Source: Candidatus Moranbacteria bacterium CG10_big_fil_rev_8_21_14_0_10_35_21 (GTDB lineage: Bacteria > Patescibacteriota > Minisyncoccia > Moranbacterales > UBA2206). From it: a stretch of 64,000 bases of DNA. The stretch is taken from NCBI GenBank assembly GCA_002773095.1, contig PFCG01000018.1:25008-89007 (forward strand), in the 5' to 3' direction. The notes below the pieces were generated by a model. That model saw only the letters and a list, made by a program, of their open reading frames with translations, ran no database searches and was not told where the DNA came from. Positions 10,512 to 19,968 of the stretch are shown piece after piece (position 1 is the stretch's first letter; every line of letters begins with the position of its first letter). A program made the position numbers and the translations under genes.

Positions 10512-12056
10512 CTAGGCTCCTGGTTCGTTTCCGGAAAGTTCTGCTTCCACTTCTTCTTTTTTTTGGCTCTTCAAGAGACCTCGGAAATATTCCAGGTCTT
10601 TTTTGGTGATGCCTTTCAAAAGATAAAGCACTCCCAGATAAATAACAAAAATAATAAACGAGTTAATTAAAAATAACCATCTTCCAGTTGGCAATTGGGT
10701 GGCAATTGCAAAACATAAGATTCCACCAAACCCGACTTTCAAAAATTCCCAAAAATTAATACCAGCGCCAAAGTCTCTTTTGATATAAAAAAGTGCAACG
10801 AGCATAATCAAAAAAGAAGTGATAGTAGTTGCCAATGCTGATCCGACAATCCCAAAACGCAAAATCAAGAAGTAATTTAAAATCACATTTACAATCACGC
10901 CGATGGTGGCAATTCCCATCGCTAGTTTGGTTTTTCCAGCACCGTTCAGAGCAAAACTTAAAACATAAAAAATAGTCAAAAAGCCAACGCCATATTCCAA
11001 GACTGACATCGCCATTGCGCCAGAGGCATAGTTTTTTCCATAAAGCAGAGTTAAAGTTTCGGTAGCATAAAAAGACATCAAAACAATCATCGGCATCAAA
11101 AGAATCAGCATCATTCGCAGAGCTTGCGCAATCAGCGGTCCAGCATTCTTGAAATTTCCGTTAGCACTAGCTTTGGAAACCATTGGCAACATAAAAATGG
11201 TCATGGCATAAAAAATATAATAAGGAATTCTTCCGGCAGTGAGTGCTGAATTATAAATTCCAGTCAATTCATCACTTCGAAGCAAGGCTTTCACTAAATA
11301 TAAATCAATACTGATAAGCAATTCATATGCCAAAAAGAAAATCACTACCTGCCAAGCATAGTTGACCAATTTTTGCCACGGAAACGACTTGTCGTCCCGA
11401 GCTTGCCCGAGGGATCTACCAGATTCTTCGGCTAATGCTTTTTGTTTAATCATTTTTCCAATCCAAAACCTATCAATCAAAACAGCAATAATAAAAGTCA
11501 TTAAAGGCGCTGCGAAATATCCTGAAATAGCTCCTTCCACACTCCAAAAATAAGCTAAAATAATAACTAGGATTATTCGAAAAATAGAGCGCACCGTCTT
11601 GAGGGTAGCTTGAGTATTAAATTGATGCAGACCAGTATAATAGGAGAAATAAAACGAAGCAGCCGCAAAGGCGGGAATAATAAGCGTAGAAAGGCGGAAA
11701 AGAGGGGTCAAAGTAGCATCATTGAGTAAATTAGCGATTAAAGGAGCGGATAGGTAAAAGAGAGCAGTAATTACCCCGATAATCAGGATTTGAAGCCTTA
11801 TAGACCGTTTTTTGATGTTCAAGACGGTCTTGGAACTGGACTCAAAAACCTCACTAATATACTTGGCCATAGCAGTCGGAATACCGTTCCCAATGAGGAT
11901 AATAATCATCGTAGTAAGAGTAATGACTAATCCATAACGTCCATAATCCGCCGGTCCCAGAACTCGCCCCAAAACAGCGTGGATAATAAATCCCGAGAGA
12001 TTAAAAACTATTTCAGAAATTGTAACCCAAAGGGCTGACTTGGCTATAGTTGACAT
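10512..12056 (-). CDS. Wzx-like oligosaccharide flippase (MOP superfamily)
   Basis: LGRVLGPADYGRY, GIPTAMAKYIS, TGIYNSA and GIVGSALAT motifs; about 14 TM helices. Confidence 0.88.
   Translation of the reverse strand: MSTIAKSALWVTISEIVFNLSGFIIHAVLGRVLGPADYGRYGLVITLTTMIIILIGNGIPTAMAKYISEVFESSSKTVLNIKKRSIRLQILIIGVITALFYLSAPLIANLLNDATLTPLFRLSTLIIPAFAAASFYFSYYTGLHQFNTQATLKTVRSIFRIILVIILAYFWSVEGAISGYFAAPLMTFIIAVLIDRFWIGKMIKQKALAEESGRSLGQARDDKSFPWQKLVNYAWQVVIFFLAYELLISIDLYLVKALLRSDELTGIYNSALTAGRIPYYIFYAMTIFMLPMVSKASANGNFKNAGPLIAQALRMMLILLMPMIVLMSFYATETLTLLYGKNYASGAMAMSVLEYGVGFLTIFYVLSFALNGAGKTKLAMGIATIGVIVNVILNYFLILRFGIVGSALATTITSFLIMLVALFYIKRDFGAGINFWEFLKVGFGGILCFAIATQLPTGRWLFLINSFIIFVIYLGVLYLLKGITKKDLEYFRGLLKSQKKEEVEAELSGNEPGA
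11391..11417. repeat. Palindromic repeat (GTCnTCCCG...GGGATCT family) in frame in the flippase gene
   Basis: gtcgtcccgagcttgcccgagggatct; 27 bp encoding RSLGQARDD. Resembles the intergenic copies at 38599 and 19607. Confidence 0.7.
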
Positions 12057-12628
12057 AAGTTTTTTATTTCCTCAAAAATTTCTTCTTTATTCCGATTACC
12101 ATCAATTATTTTCAATTCAACTTCTTGCGCAAATTTATCATATAAATCTTTTTTGGTTTTTAAATATTCCAAACCTTGATCTGGTTTTCTTTCTCTTTGC
12201 ATAATTTGCTCCGGATCAGTTTGCAAATAAAGTGCCACTTCCGGTTTCGGCACTATCCTTAAGCCCGGCTTAAGGATAGTAGGATTTTTTGTATAAGATA
12301 AGTATTCAATATTAATTATAGAATCATAAAAATAGCGATCGGAAATCAGATAATCATAGTTGTTACTTAACTTGTTCAGTAACATTTTAAATCTCCATAA
12401 ATCAATCTTAAGAAATATTTTTCGCAACCATATTTTGCCTGCACTCGCGATCACAACACTCGGAGCCGAACCAGAAGCTTTATGACCGATCAGTTTATTC
12501 GCCAAACTAAACTCAATCGCATGGAAATAGAAGGCTTTCTTTTCCTGCGACTCCAGATAATTTTTGAGCAATTGTATTTGGGTGGACTTTCCTGATCCAT
12601 CTAAACCAGAAATGGTTATTATTTGCAT
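12044..12628 (-). CDS. Thymidylate-kinase-like P-loop kinase
   Basis: ISGLDGSGKSTQI P-loop and SDRYFYDS motif; lacks the usual TREPG segment. Confidence 0.75.
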   Translation of the reverse strand: MQIITISGLDGSGKSTQIQLLKNYLESQEKKAFYFHAIEFSLANKLIGHKASGSAPSVVIASAGKIWLRKIFLKIDLWRFKMLLNKLSNNYDYLISDRYFYDSIINIEYLSYTKNPTILKPGLRIVPKPEVALYLQTDPEQIMQRERKPDQGLEYLKTKKDLYDKFAQEVELKIIDGNRNKEEIFEEIKNLCQL

Positions 12629-12632
12629 ATTT

Positions 12633-14162
12633 TTAATACATTAAAACCGCAATGGGTTCCATTTTAGCTACGGCTTTGACGATTTTGTTTTCTTCCATAC
12701 CTTGAATTACTTCTTCCACGTCTTTATAATATCCACGGTCTTGCAGAACCACACCCTTTGATTTGGCATTAAAAAGCTTCACGTGACTAGCTTTCATTTT
12801 TTGCATCAGCGCTTCTTTATCTTGTACAGTATCTGTCAAAGGATCTTTTCTGCGACCGGTTCCATGGCTGGCTGAGAAAAAAGTAGATTCATTTTCATCA
12901 GTGCCGACGGCCAAATAGGCGGGGGTACTCATCGATGAAGGAATAAAAACCGGCTCACCTGTTTGCGAAAACAAAGGATGATCTGCCATTCTGGCTGGAC
13001 CATTGGCTCGCACGGTGCCGTTACGATGAACAAAAACATCACGGCCAAAATGATTTTCCTTGTGGATGAAAACATGAGGTTTATCATAAAGTAATTCGAA
13101 TTCTGGATTTTTCCAAAAAACTTTTTCAATCGTTTGGTCAATTTGATGAGTGAGAATGGAGCGATTGGCAAAACCTTGGTTCGCCGCCGCATTGTGTGAA
13201 GTCAGAAATAATTTTCCTTCAATACTATCCGCGTCATAAGCAAAATATTCTTTTTTGTCTTTGTAGCCCTCAATTTTTTTATATAACTCTTTGAATTCCT
13301 TTTTATATTCAGTGCCAAAAAACATTTTCCCCAATTCAAGAATAACTTTTTGGCTAAAATGTTCTTTTCTTTTTGGTGTGTAAAGATACGACGCATATTG
13401 TCCGAGCAATCCTGAACCAGTATGGAGCAAAAATATATATTGACCGACTTTAATCCCAAATTTTTCCGCCACAGCGTGATCTTTAATCTCCGTGATTTTC
13501 ATTAAATCCAAAAAATGGTTTCCAGCTGCACCTAAAATTCCGAGGCGATATTGGCCGATATGCAAAAATAATTTAGGGATGGCGTTGAGAATATCTTTTT
13601 CGATCGGAATTGTGTCGGTTCCGCCATAGGCGGATCCACCTTCGGTGGAGAAAAAATTTCCGCTTTGAAAAGTATTTTCAATTTCATTTTTAGTTCTAGT
13701 TTGAAAAAAATCTTTGACTGCTGCGCTACCTTTGCGACAAATATCCATCACTAAAGAATAGGGGATTTTGGTGCCAACATAGGTTTTAGTTGGAACGGCT
13801 TTGATTAATTCATTGAAAAGTAAATCAATTTTTTCCGGAGTCAAATCCGCGTCTGTCAGATTGGTTTTCAAAAACCGCATTCCACAGTTGGGAGAAGTGT
13901 CATTAATTTGGGGCAAAAGAAATTTTTCCGACGCTACCACGGTTCCGGTAGGATTTTTGCGTCCTTTTTTGCTGTGAACATCACTCAAGGCCACAACGTG
14001 GCGAAAAACATGCGGGTCCGAGGCTACACCTTCGATTTCCGCCAGGGTATCATCGTTAGGCATCAAATCATCAGAAACATGCAAAATAGCCGGCACTTTC
14101 ATAGTGTCGGTTTTCAATTCTTTTTTGTGAACGGATAAATTTTTTATATTATATTTGCTCAT
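12633..14162 (-). CDS. Divergent RtcB-family protein
   Basis: SDVH, NCGMR, LGILGAAGNHF, HTGS, VHRNG, IPSSM, SASHGTGR and YKD motifs occur in RtcB order. Confidence 0.85.
   Translation of the reverse strand: MSKYNIKNLSVHKKELKTDTMKVPAILHVSDDLMPNDDTLAEIEGVASDPHVFRHVVALSDVHSKKGRKNPTGTVVASEKFLLPQINDTSPNCGMRFLKTNLTDADLTPEKIDLLFNELIKAVPTKTYVGTKIPYSLVMDICRKGSAAVKDFFQTRTKNEIENTFQSGNFFSTEGGSAYGGTDTIPIEKDILNAIPKLFLHIGQYRLGILGAAGNHFLDLMKITEIKDHAVAEKFGIKVGQYIFLLHTGSGLLGQYASYLYTPKRKEHFSQKVILELGKMFFGTEYKKEFKELYKKIEGYKDKKEYFAYDADSIEGKLFLTSHNAAANQGFANRSILTHQIDQTIEKVFWKNPEFELLYDKPHVFIHKENHFGRDVFVHRNGTVRANGPARMADHPLFSQTGEPVFIPSSMSTPAYLAVGTDENESTFFSASHGTGRRKDPLTDTVQDKEALMQKMKASHVKLFNAKSKGVVLQDRGYYKDVEEVIQGMEENKIVKAVAKMEPIAVLMY
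13620..13649. repeat. Double-hairpin repeat (TCCGCC...GGCGGA family) in frame in the RtcB-like gene
   Basis: tccgccataggcgga-tccaccttcggtgga; 30 bp encoding STEGGSAYGG. The same unit occurs at 48164-48178. Confidence 0.7.
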
Positions 14163-15270
14163 AAATTTCTTGATATTTTTGGGCTATTTTATTAATATCA
14201 AAATTATCTTCCGTGAACTTTCTGGCTTTTTCGCCTAATTTTTCTCGCCCCTCTTTACTGTGATAGAGACCAAGAATGGCATCCATAAGCTGTTTTGGAT
14301 CATCCCTTTTTATAATAACCGAATTATCCGGATTGGCGAATTCGGAAAAAATAGACAAATCAGAAACCACTACCGGCTTTTGGCAAGCCATTGGCTCAAT
14401 AGCCGAAAGGGGAATATCAAATTTCCCTCTCATATCATTCACTGGAAAAATAATCACATCAGAAGAATTATATAAATCATTCATTTCAAATATGGTATCG
14501 GTAAAAACCGCCATCTCTAAAATTCCGGCTTGGTCCAGTTTATTTATTACTTCCTGTTTTTTCTTTTTATCTGCCTTATGCTTAATCCGACAAGCAAAAA
14601 TAATTTTTATTTTTTTCTCCTGAAGAATTTTAGAAAATTTCATCATCATTTCTAAAATTACGTCAATACCCTTCAGTCGAACATATTCTCCAGGATAAGT
14701 TATTACAAACTCATCCGGTTTTACACCCCAACGATTCAACAGATAGGTCTTTTTGGGAGCAGGGGAATAATATTCCAAATCAATACCTGGAAATATTTTT
14801 TCCACATTTTGAAATCCCATCCTATTTAGCCTTAATTTGGAATGTTCCGAATAAGTCACGATTAAATTGCCAAACATCATTTTTTTTATTTCATTTTCTG
14901 AATAAATATCTTCTCGTAAGGTGGCAATAGTTTGAATAGATTTGGTTTTTTCGTTTTGAATAAAATATTTAGCTAAAAAAGTGTTTAACTTAGTGGGAGT
15001 GAAAATATAATGCATTAACGGATATTTTTTCCGATTTAATATAAGATGTAGAAATAATTTAGTTTTTTGCAATAAACTAAAATGATTAGAAGAATAAATA
15101 GGAATTTGAGTAACATTCTCTGGAAGTTCCGGAATCGGACCATTGGTTAATAAATTAAAATTGAAACTGGCCAAATTTTTGGACAAATAAAAAGCGAAAT
15201 TTTTGGAAGCTTCATCCCAAGGGGGAGTAATTGGACGAGTGACTAAAAGAATTCTTTTATTATTTTCCAT
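14149..15270 (-). CDS. Glycosyltransferase family 4
   Basis: PPWDEASKN start; PGID, KGID and PLSAIEPMACQKPVV GT-B motifs. Confidence 0.85.
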   Translation of the reverse strand: MENNKRILLVTRPITPPWDEASKNFAFYLSKNLASFNFNLLTNGPIPELPENVTQIPIYSSNHFSLLQKTKLFLHLILNRKKYPLMHYIFTPTKLNTFLAKYFIQNEKTKSIQTIATLREDIYSENEIKKMMFGNLIVTYSEHSKLRLNRMGFQNVEKIFPGIDLEYYSPAPKKTYLLNRWGVKPDEFVITYPGEYVRLKGIDVILEMMMKFSKILQEKKIKIIFACRIKHKADKKKKQEVINKLDQAGILEMAVFTDTIFEMNDLYNSSDVIIFPVNDMRGKFDIPLSAIEPMACQKPVVVSDLSIFSEFANPDNSVIIKRDDPKQLMDAILGLYHSKEGREKLGEKARKFTEDNFDINKIAQKYQEIYEQI

Positions 15271-15273
15271 TTT

Positions 15274-15630
15274 TTATTTTAAAATCTTATAAATTTCTTT
15301 CTTTTCAATACCATCAAAAACAACTACAGTTATTTTTTCTTTGGGTAAATTTATATTTTCTAAATTTATTGTTTTCTTTTCGCCTAATAAAACTTCAATT
15401 TCTCCTGATTCTATCTTACTCTCTCCAGCCAAAATTTCCCAATTAAAATTGTTTTGATTGCTGTGATTTTCAATTGCAAAACTTATTTCGGATTCCTTTG
15501 GATTTCCAAAATAAATTGACCACCAGCTAGATTGAAAATTTGGATTAAAATATTTTTTTTCTGCCCCAAAAAGCCAGAATGAGCTGACTACGAGGAGAAT
15601 AACTATTAATAAAATTATTTTTCTTTGCAT
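15274..15630 (-). CDS. Hypothetical membrane-anchored protein
   Basis: N-terminal hydrophobic helix and beta-rich remainder; operon spacing under 10 bp on both sides. Confidence 0.65.
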   Translation of the reverse strand: MQRKIILLIVILLVVSSFWLFGAEKKYFNPNFQSSWWSIYFGNPKESEISFAIENHSNQNNFNWEILAGESKIESGEIEVLLGEKKTINLENINLPKEKITVVVFDGIEKKEIYKILK

Positions 15631-15638
15631 AAGTAAGA

Positions 15639-17513
15639 TTAATTGGTTTTATTAAAAATAGCTACTTCTGGGCTTAAATAAAGCAAATCAAAATTTCGAC
15701 TTCTTTTAAATTGGTCGCTATCAAAAGCCGGATTAACCGCCAAGAAATTAACGCCCGTCTCCTGAAAGCATTTTTGCCCTTTTTCTGATTCTGGGCTGGA
15801 AATCATCAATAATGTGCATTGTTCACGAGGATTAGTTGAATCTTCGTAGCGCTTAAAAAAACTGCGTGAAAGAGGATAACGATAACCGCGCATAAAAAAC
15901 AATTTCATCCACGCGTCGCCGGTTATATAATTATGATCTTTAAGCACATTATCGGTAGGAGTGGTATTCTTGGCTAAATATTCAGTAGCGTTAAAAGTTT
16001 GTATAAGTTCAGCGGTTTCCACCTTTCTTTTAAAAGCGGCGGCCGAATCATAAAGCCCTCCTACTAAAACAAAGGTTAAAATAATCACAAAAGTCAACTT
16101 GGCCAAAGTTCCGGAAACATAATTTTTAAATTGGGAAAAAATTATGAAAAAAGAATAGGCGCTTAAAATAGCCAGGGGATAGGAAAGATAATTACCAATT
16201 CGATTACTAGGCAAATCAAGAAGGAGCCATTGTGGCCTAGTAGCCATTAAAAATATAGCCAAAAACCAGGCCACTAAAATCGCATAACCAACATTTTTTT
16301 TCTTGAAATTAAGCACCATCAACAAAAGGGCAAATAATCCCAAGGCTAACCGAGGTTCGCCAACAGCCGATTTCAAGTTATTTAAACTTAATCCAGTTCT
16401 GGTTATTTTTTCTGGTGTGCCCACCGCCGTTTCAACGGAATTATTTTTTATATAATTAGGCGTAAAAACCAAAAGAAAAAAGATTAACCCAATGGCCAGA
16501 GCCGACAATACTGGAGGAGAAAAAACCAACTTCCTGATTTTAACAAATATTTCTTTTAGATTTTTGAGATTAACTGCCAAAAAAATCAGGATAGTAAAAA
16601 TAAAGACAAAAATGAAAATAAAAGCGGTCAAATGATGAGTATAGAATAATCCGAAGGTGATAAAAACTGCTAAAGCCAAAAATTTTCTAGCCAAGGAAAG
16701 GGTTAGGGATTCGTTTTGAAAAAAATCAAAGGCTCGAAAATAAAAATAAAGAGCCACTGGCATCAAAAAATTTCCAAAAATATTTCCAATTACTCCTCCA
16801 CTGACGAATTTTGACTGGGGAGAGGCAACCGCATAAAGAACACCCAAAAAAAGTAGTGACAGAATGGCAGTATTTTTATTTTTGAAAATTCGCAGCACCA
16901 AAAGAAAAACCGCTAAAATTCCCATCAAATTTATTAAGTGTAAGATAACCGTCGGAAAAGCAGAAAAAAAGCTCGCTCCACTAATGAGATTAACTATTCC
17001 AAAAACAATATGTTCGCCAATAATAAAATCTGGCATACCTTCATAGGTCGGTAGTTGTCCACTTTCAGCCATCCATTTGGCCCAATACATATGATGACCC
17101 ATATCGGTGGCGGTCGGCAAAATAGTTTGAGTAAGATAGGCTGTTTTTATAAAAAAAGTTAGAAAAAGCAGAACAGCTACCAACCAAAACTGGCGAGAAG
17201 AAAAATCAAAAATTTTCTCTTCTTTACTTTCAGAAAATTTGCGTAGCTTAAAAATAATCAAAAAAATAGCTGAAACCAAAACAATTCCGAAAATAGAAGA
17301 AGATCGAGTAATGGAAATTTGCAGTCGACTATAAACAAAAAAAATAAAATCAACCACCACTAAGCTCAAAGCAGGTGAGAGAATGAATTTTTCTATTTTT
17401 TCCAAACCGCCCTTTTTCCCAAAAATAGCCAACAGCAAAAAATACCCAGGCAAAAATAACACCAGAATTATGGCTAGATAGAATAATACTTGTGATTGAA
17501 TAAAAGTTAACAT
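15639..17513 (-). CDS. Polytopic membrane protein, probable GT-C fold (DUF1616/DUF6541-like)
   Basis: LFLPGYF start; ATDMGHH and THHLT motifs; many TM helices and a soluble C-terminal domain. Confidence 0.65.
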   Translation of the reverse strand: MLTFIQSQVLFYLAIILVLFLPGYFLLLAIFGKKGGLEKIEKFILSPALSLVVVDFIFFVYSRLQISITRSSSIFGIVLVSAIFLIIFKLRKFSESKEEKIFDFSSRQFWLVAVLLFLTFFIKTAYLTQTILPTATDMGHHMYWAKWMAESGQLPTYEGMPDFIIGEHIVFGIVNLISGASFFSAFPTVILHLINLMGILAVFLLVLRIFKNKNTAILSLLFLGVLYAVASPQSKFVSGGVIGNIFGNFLMPVALYFYFRAFDFFQNESLTLSLARKFLALAVFITFGLFYTHHLTAFIFIFVFIFTILIFLAVNLKNLKEIFVKIRKLVFSPPVLSALAIGLIFFLLVFTPNYIKNNSVETAVGTPEKITRTGLSLNNLKSAVGEPRLALGLFALLLMVLNFKKKNVGYAILVAWFLAIFLMATRPQWLLLDLPSNRIGNYLSYPLAILSAYSFFIIFSQFKNYVSGTLAKLTFVIILTFVLVGGLYDSAAAFKRKVETAELIQTFNATEYLAKNTTPTDNVLKDHNYITGDAWMKLFFMRGYRYPLSRSFFKRYEDSTNPREQCTLLMISSPESEKGQKCFQETGVNFLAVNPAFDSDQFKRSRNFDLLYLSPEVAIFNKTN

Positions 17514-17526
17514 AAAGTACTAATTT

Positions 17527-18642
17527 TTAATTAGAAATTGTCTTTTTTATTTCTTCCAAATATTTTTGGGAAATCTTATCCCAACTATAATTTTCGATAA
17601 TAAATTGCCGAGCCTTTTCTCCAAATTCTTTCCTCGAAAAATTATCTGACAAAGTTTCGTTAATTTTATTTATCCAGGCTTCGGCATTTTCCGATTCAAC
17701 CAAAAAACCATTTTGCCCATCTATTATAGCATCTTTTAGTCCTTCAAGATTGGAAGCTAGAACAACTTTTCCGCAAGCTCCGGCTTCAATGGCCGTAATT
17801 CCAAATCCTTCCATTGATCCTGCCACTTTTATGTTGGGGGAAACATAAAGGTCGCAAGTACTGAATAATATTTTCATGTCAGGACGCTGCAGATTAGTCA
17901 GCAAAATAACGCGCTTGGACAAATTCAAATCCTGAACTGCTTTCTCAATATTTTCATAATCATTAGTGTCTCCAGTTGTTTTTTTAGCTACCATTCCTCC
18001 GGCGACTACTAAAATATAATTTTCAGACAATCTAGGCATAACATTGCGCACAAACCAATCAACTCCTTTGTGTTTTACAAATCTCCCTCCTCGGAAAATT
18101 ATTTTTTTGCCTTCAAGATTTCTCCCTAGCAATTTTTCCAAATCAGGTCTGGAGTGATTTTCACAAACTTCATTCGCGTCCAATCCATTGGGAATAAAAA
18201 CGCACTTATCCTTCGGTATGCCAATTTTCACCGCTTCATTAATAGTCTCATTTCCCACCATTATTAATTTATCCATCTTTTTTTCAGAAGGAATATTCAC
18301 AAATTTATAAATTTTTCCAAAAAAAGAATTTTTTGAAGCATAAGTAATATCTAAACCATGAACGATACAAAAATATTTTTGCTTTCGATAAAAAAATTTC
18401 ATCACTGCGCCAATTGGAGACAGAACTCCGTCGCCGAAAACTATCGCATCATAGGACGGAATCAGAAAAAATAATTTCAATGTAAGCCACGGTAAAAAAA
18501 GAGGCAGAAATTTTTTGCCTTTTTTATTTGCGATTATTTTGGTTTCTGTTAGTTTTCCAAGAGCCTTGGCAATGCCATAATTTTGCATTTCAATTCCACC
18601 CACCACTGGAGGATAAGCCCGAGAAATGAAAAGTATTTTCAT
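17527..18642 (-). CDS. Glycosyltransferase family 4
   Basis: YPPVVGGIE, GRFVKHKG and EGFGITAIEAGACG motifs. Confidence 0.9.
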   Translation of the reverse strand: MKILFISRAYPPVVGGIEMQNYGIAKALGKLTETKIIANKKGKKFLPLFLPWLTLKLFFLIPSYDAIVFGDGVLSPIGAVMKFFYRKQKYFCIVHGLDITYASKNSFFGKIYKFVNIPSEKKMDKLIMVGNETINEAVKIGIPKDKCVFIPNGLDANEVCENHSRPDLEKLLGRNLEGKKIIFRGGRFVKHKGVDWFVRNVMPRLSENYILVVAGGMVAKKTTGDTNDYENIEKAVQDLNLSKRVILLTNLQRPDMKILFSTCDLYVSPNIKVAGSMEGFGITAIEAGACGKVVLASNLEGLKDAIIDGQNGFLVESENAEAWINKINETLSDNFSRKEFGEKARQFIIENYSWDKISQKYLEEIKKTISN

Positions 18643-18648
18643 AAAAAA

Positions 18649-19599
18649 TTATTTCTTGTATTTTTCCTTGCGCAGAAGATACATTTGGTCTTCCGATATT
18701 TTGCGATTGTTTTTAATCATATCCGCCATCAAAGCGAAAACTAAAAATTGCAGACCAACTAAAAGAAAAGTTATAGCCACTAAAAGAAAATTTTTATAGG
18801 GAGTGATTTTGAAATCCTGAAAATACATTAAAATAAAATAAATAAAGAAGCCCGCTGAAATCAAAATCATTATCAAAGAGGGGATACCGAAAAATTTCAT
18901 CGGACGCACATCACGCACCGCTTTTAAAATTATGCGAGCACTATTATTGACATAGTTGTAAACACTTTTTACCACTCGAGATTTTCTTCCGTCAAAATAA
19001 ATCACTTCTACCGGAACCCACTGAACTTTTAGATTTTTTCCAATGGCATCAATGATGGTTTCTTGGGTATAAGTAAAATTTCCCGGCAGGTTCAAGCGCA
19101 ATAAAGCCTCTTGGGAATAAGCGCGAAATCCGCAAGTCAAATCATTAATCTTATGATTCATAAACTTTCCGATAATCCATGCTGCCATGCGATTAAGATG
19201 ATATTTGGATCTGGGCATATTTTTTGCTTCATGATCTCCAAAGCGATCAGCGCTCACAATATCAGCCTTTCCCGCTAAAATCGGAGCTATTATTTTTTGA
19301 ATATCATTAGAATCAAATTGTCCATCCGCATCAATATTAACCATAATATCAGCCCCATTACGCAACGCCTTTCCAACCGAGGTTCTAAAAGTAATCCCGA
19401 TACCCCGATTAACCGGATGAGAAAAAACAAAATCAGCGCCAGCTTCGCGAGCTCTTTGAGCAGTTTGATCTTTTGATCCGTCATCAATAACCTGCATAAA
19501 AACCTCATTCACGCCTTCGATTTGCCGAGGAATTTTTTTAATGGTTTCGGCAATTTTATCCTCTTCATTAAACGCTGGAATATTAACAACTAATTTCAT
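18649..19599 (-). CDS. GT2 DPM1-like polyprenol-phosphate glycosyltransferase
   Basis: IPAFNEE, IDDGSKDQT, DADGQ and DLTCGFRAY motifs; two C-terminal TM helices. Confidence 0.9.
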   Translation of the reverse strand: MKLVVNIPAFNEEDKIAETIKKIPRQIEGVNEVFMQVIDDGSKDQTAQRAREAGADFVFSHPVNRGIGITFRTSVGKALRNGADIMVNIDADGQFDSNDIQKIIAPILAGKADIVSADRFGDHEAKNMPRSKYHLNRMAAWIIGKFMNHKINDLTCGFRAYSQEALLRLNLPGNFTYTQETIIDAIGKNLKVQWVPVEVIYFDGRKSRVVKSVYNYVNNSARIILKAVRDVRPMKFFGIPSLIMILISAGFFIYFILMYFQDFKITPYKNFLLVAITFLLVGLQFLVFALMADMIKNNRKISEDQMYLLRKEKYKK

Positions 19600-19606
19600 A
19601 TATTTT

Positions 19607-19660
19607 AGATCCTGAGACTCGTTTCGTCATTTAATAAAGACGAAATTGGCTCAGGATGAC
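19607..19660. repeat. Nested palindromic element (AGATCCTGAG...CTCAGGATGAC)
   Basis: Outer stem atcctgag/ctcaggat encloses inner stem tttcgtc/gacgaaa. Confidence 0.7.
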
Positions 19661-19666
19661 CAGAGG

Positions 19667-19897
19667 TCATTTTTTCTTAATGATTAATTTAGGATCCACA
19701 CAATTGATATCACACTGGGCATTCTTAGTTCCGTTCTCAATCAGATTTTGAGTGCAAATATCAAGATTGGTTTTGCATTTGGCTTTGCTCTGATTAAAAT
19801 AATCCATATTATATTCATAACCAAAATAATTCAAAACAAAAGCTGAAACCACAATCAGCCCAACAATCCAAACTATTAATTTAATTAATCTGAACAT
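19667..19897 (-). CDS. Small membrane-anchored protein with four Cys
   Basis: 76 aa; N-terminal TM helix; co-oriented in the operon. Confidence 0.7.
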   Translation of the reverse strand: MFRLIKLIVWIVGLIVVSAFVLNYFGYEYNMDYFNQSKAKCKTNLDICTQNLIENGTKNAQCDINCVDPKLIIKKK

Positions 19898-19933
19898 ATA
19901 ATTTTAATATTAATTTCAAAATCCAACATCCAT

Positions 19934-19968
19934 ACTTCGTAACTCATAATTCTTACTTCGTAATTCAT
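19934..19968. repeat. 7-bp-period tandem repeat (ACTTCGT/AATTCAT type)
   Basis: acttcgt-aactcat-aattctt-acttcgt-aattcat, at the dehydrogenase stop codon. Confidence 0.55.

Noticed and set aside
12044-12628. Assigning the symbol tmk
   Set aside because: The P-loop and DR motif are present, but other TMPK features are missing and the context is glycan synthesis; substrate unknown.
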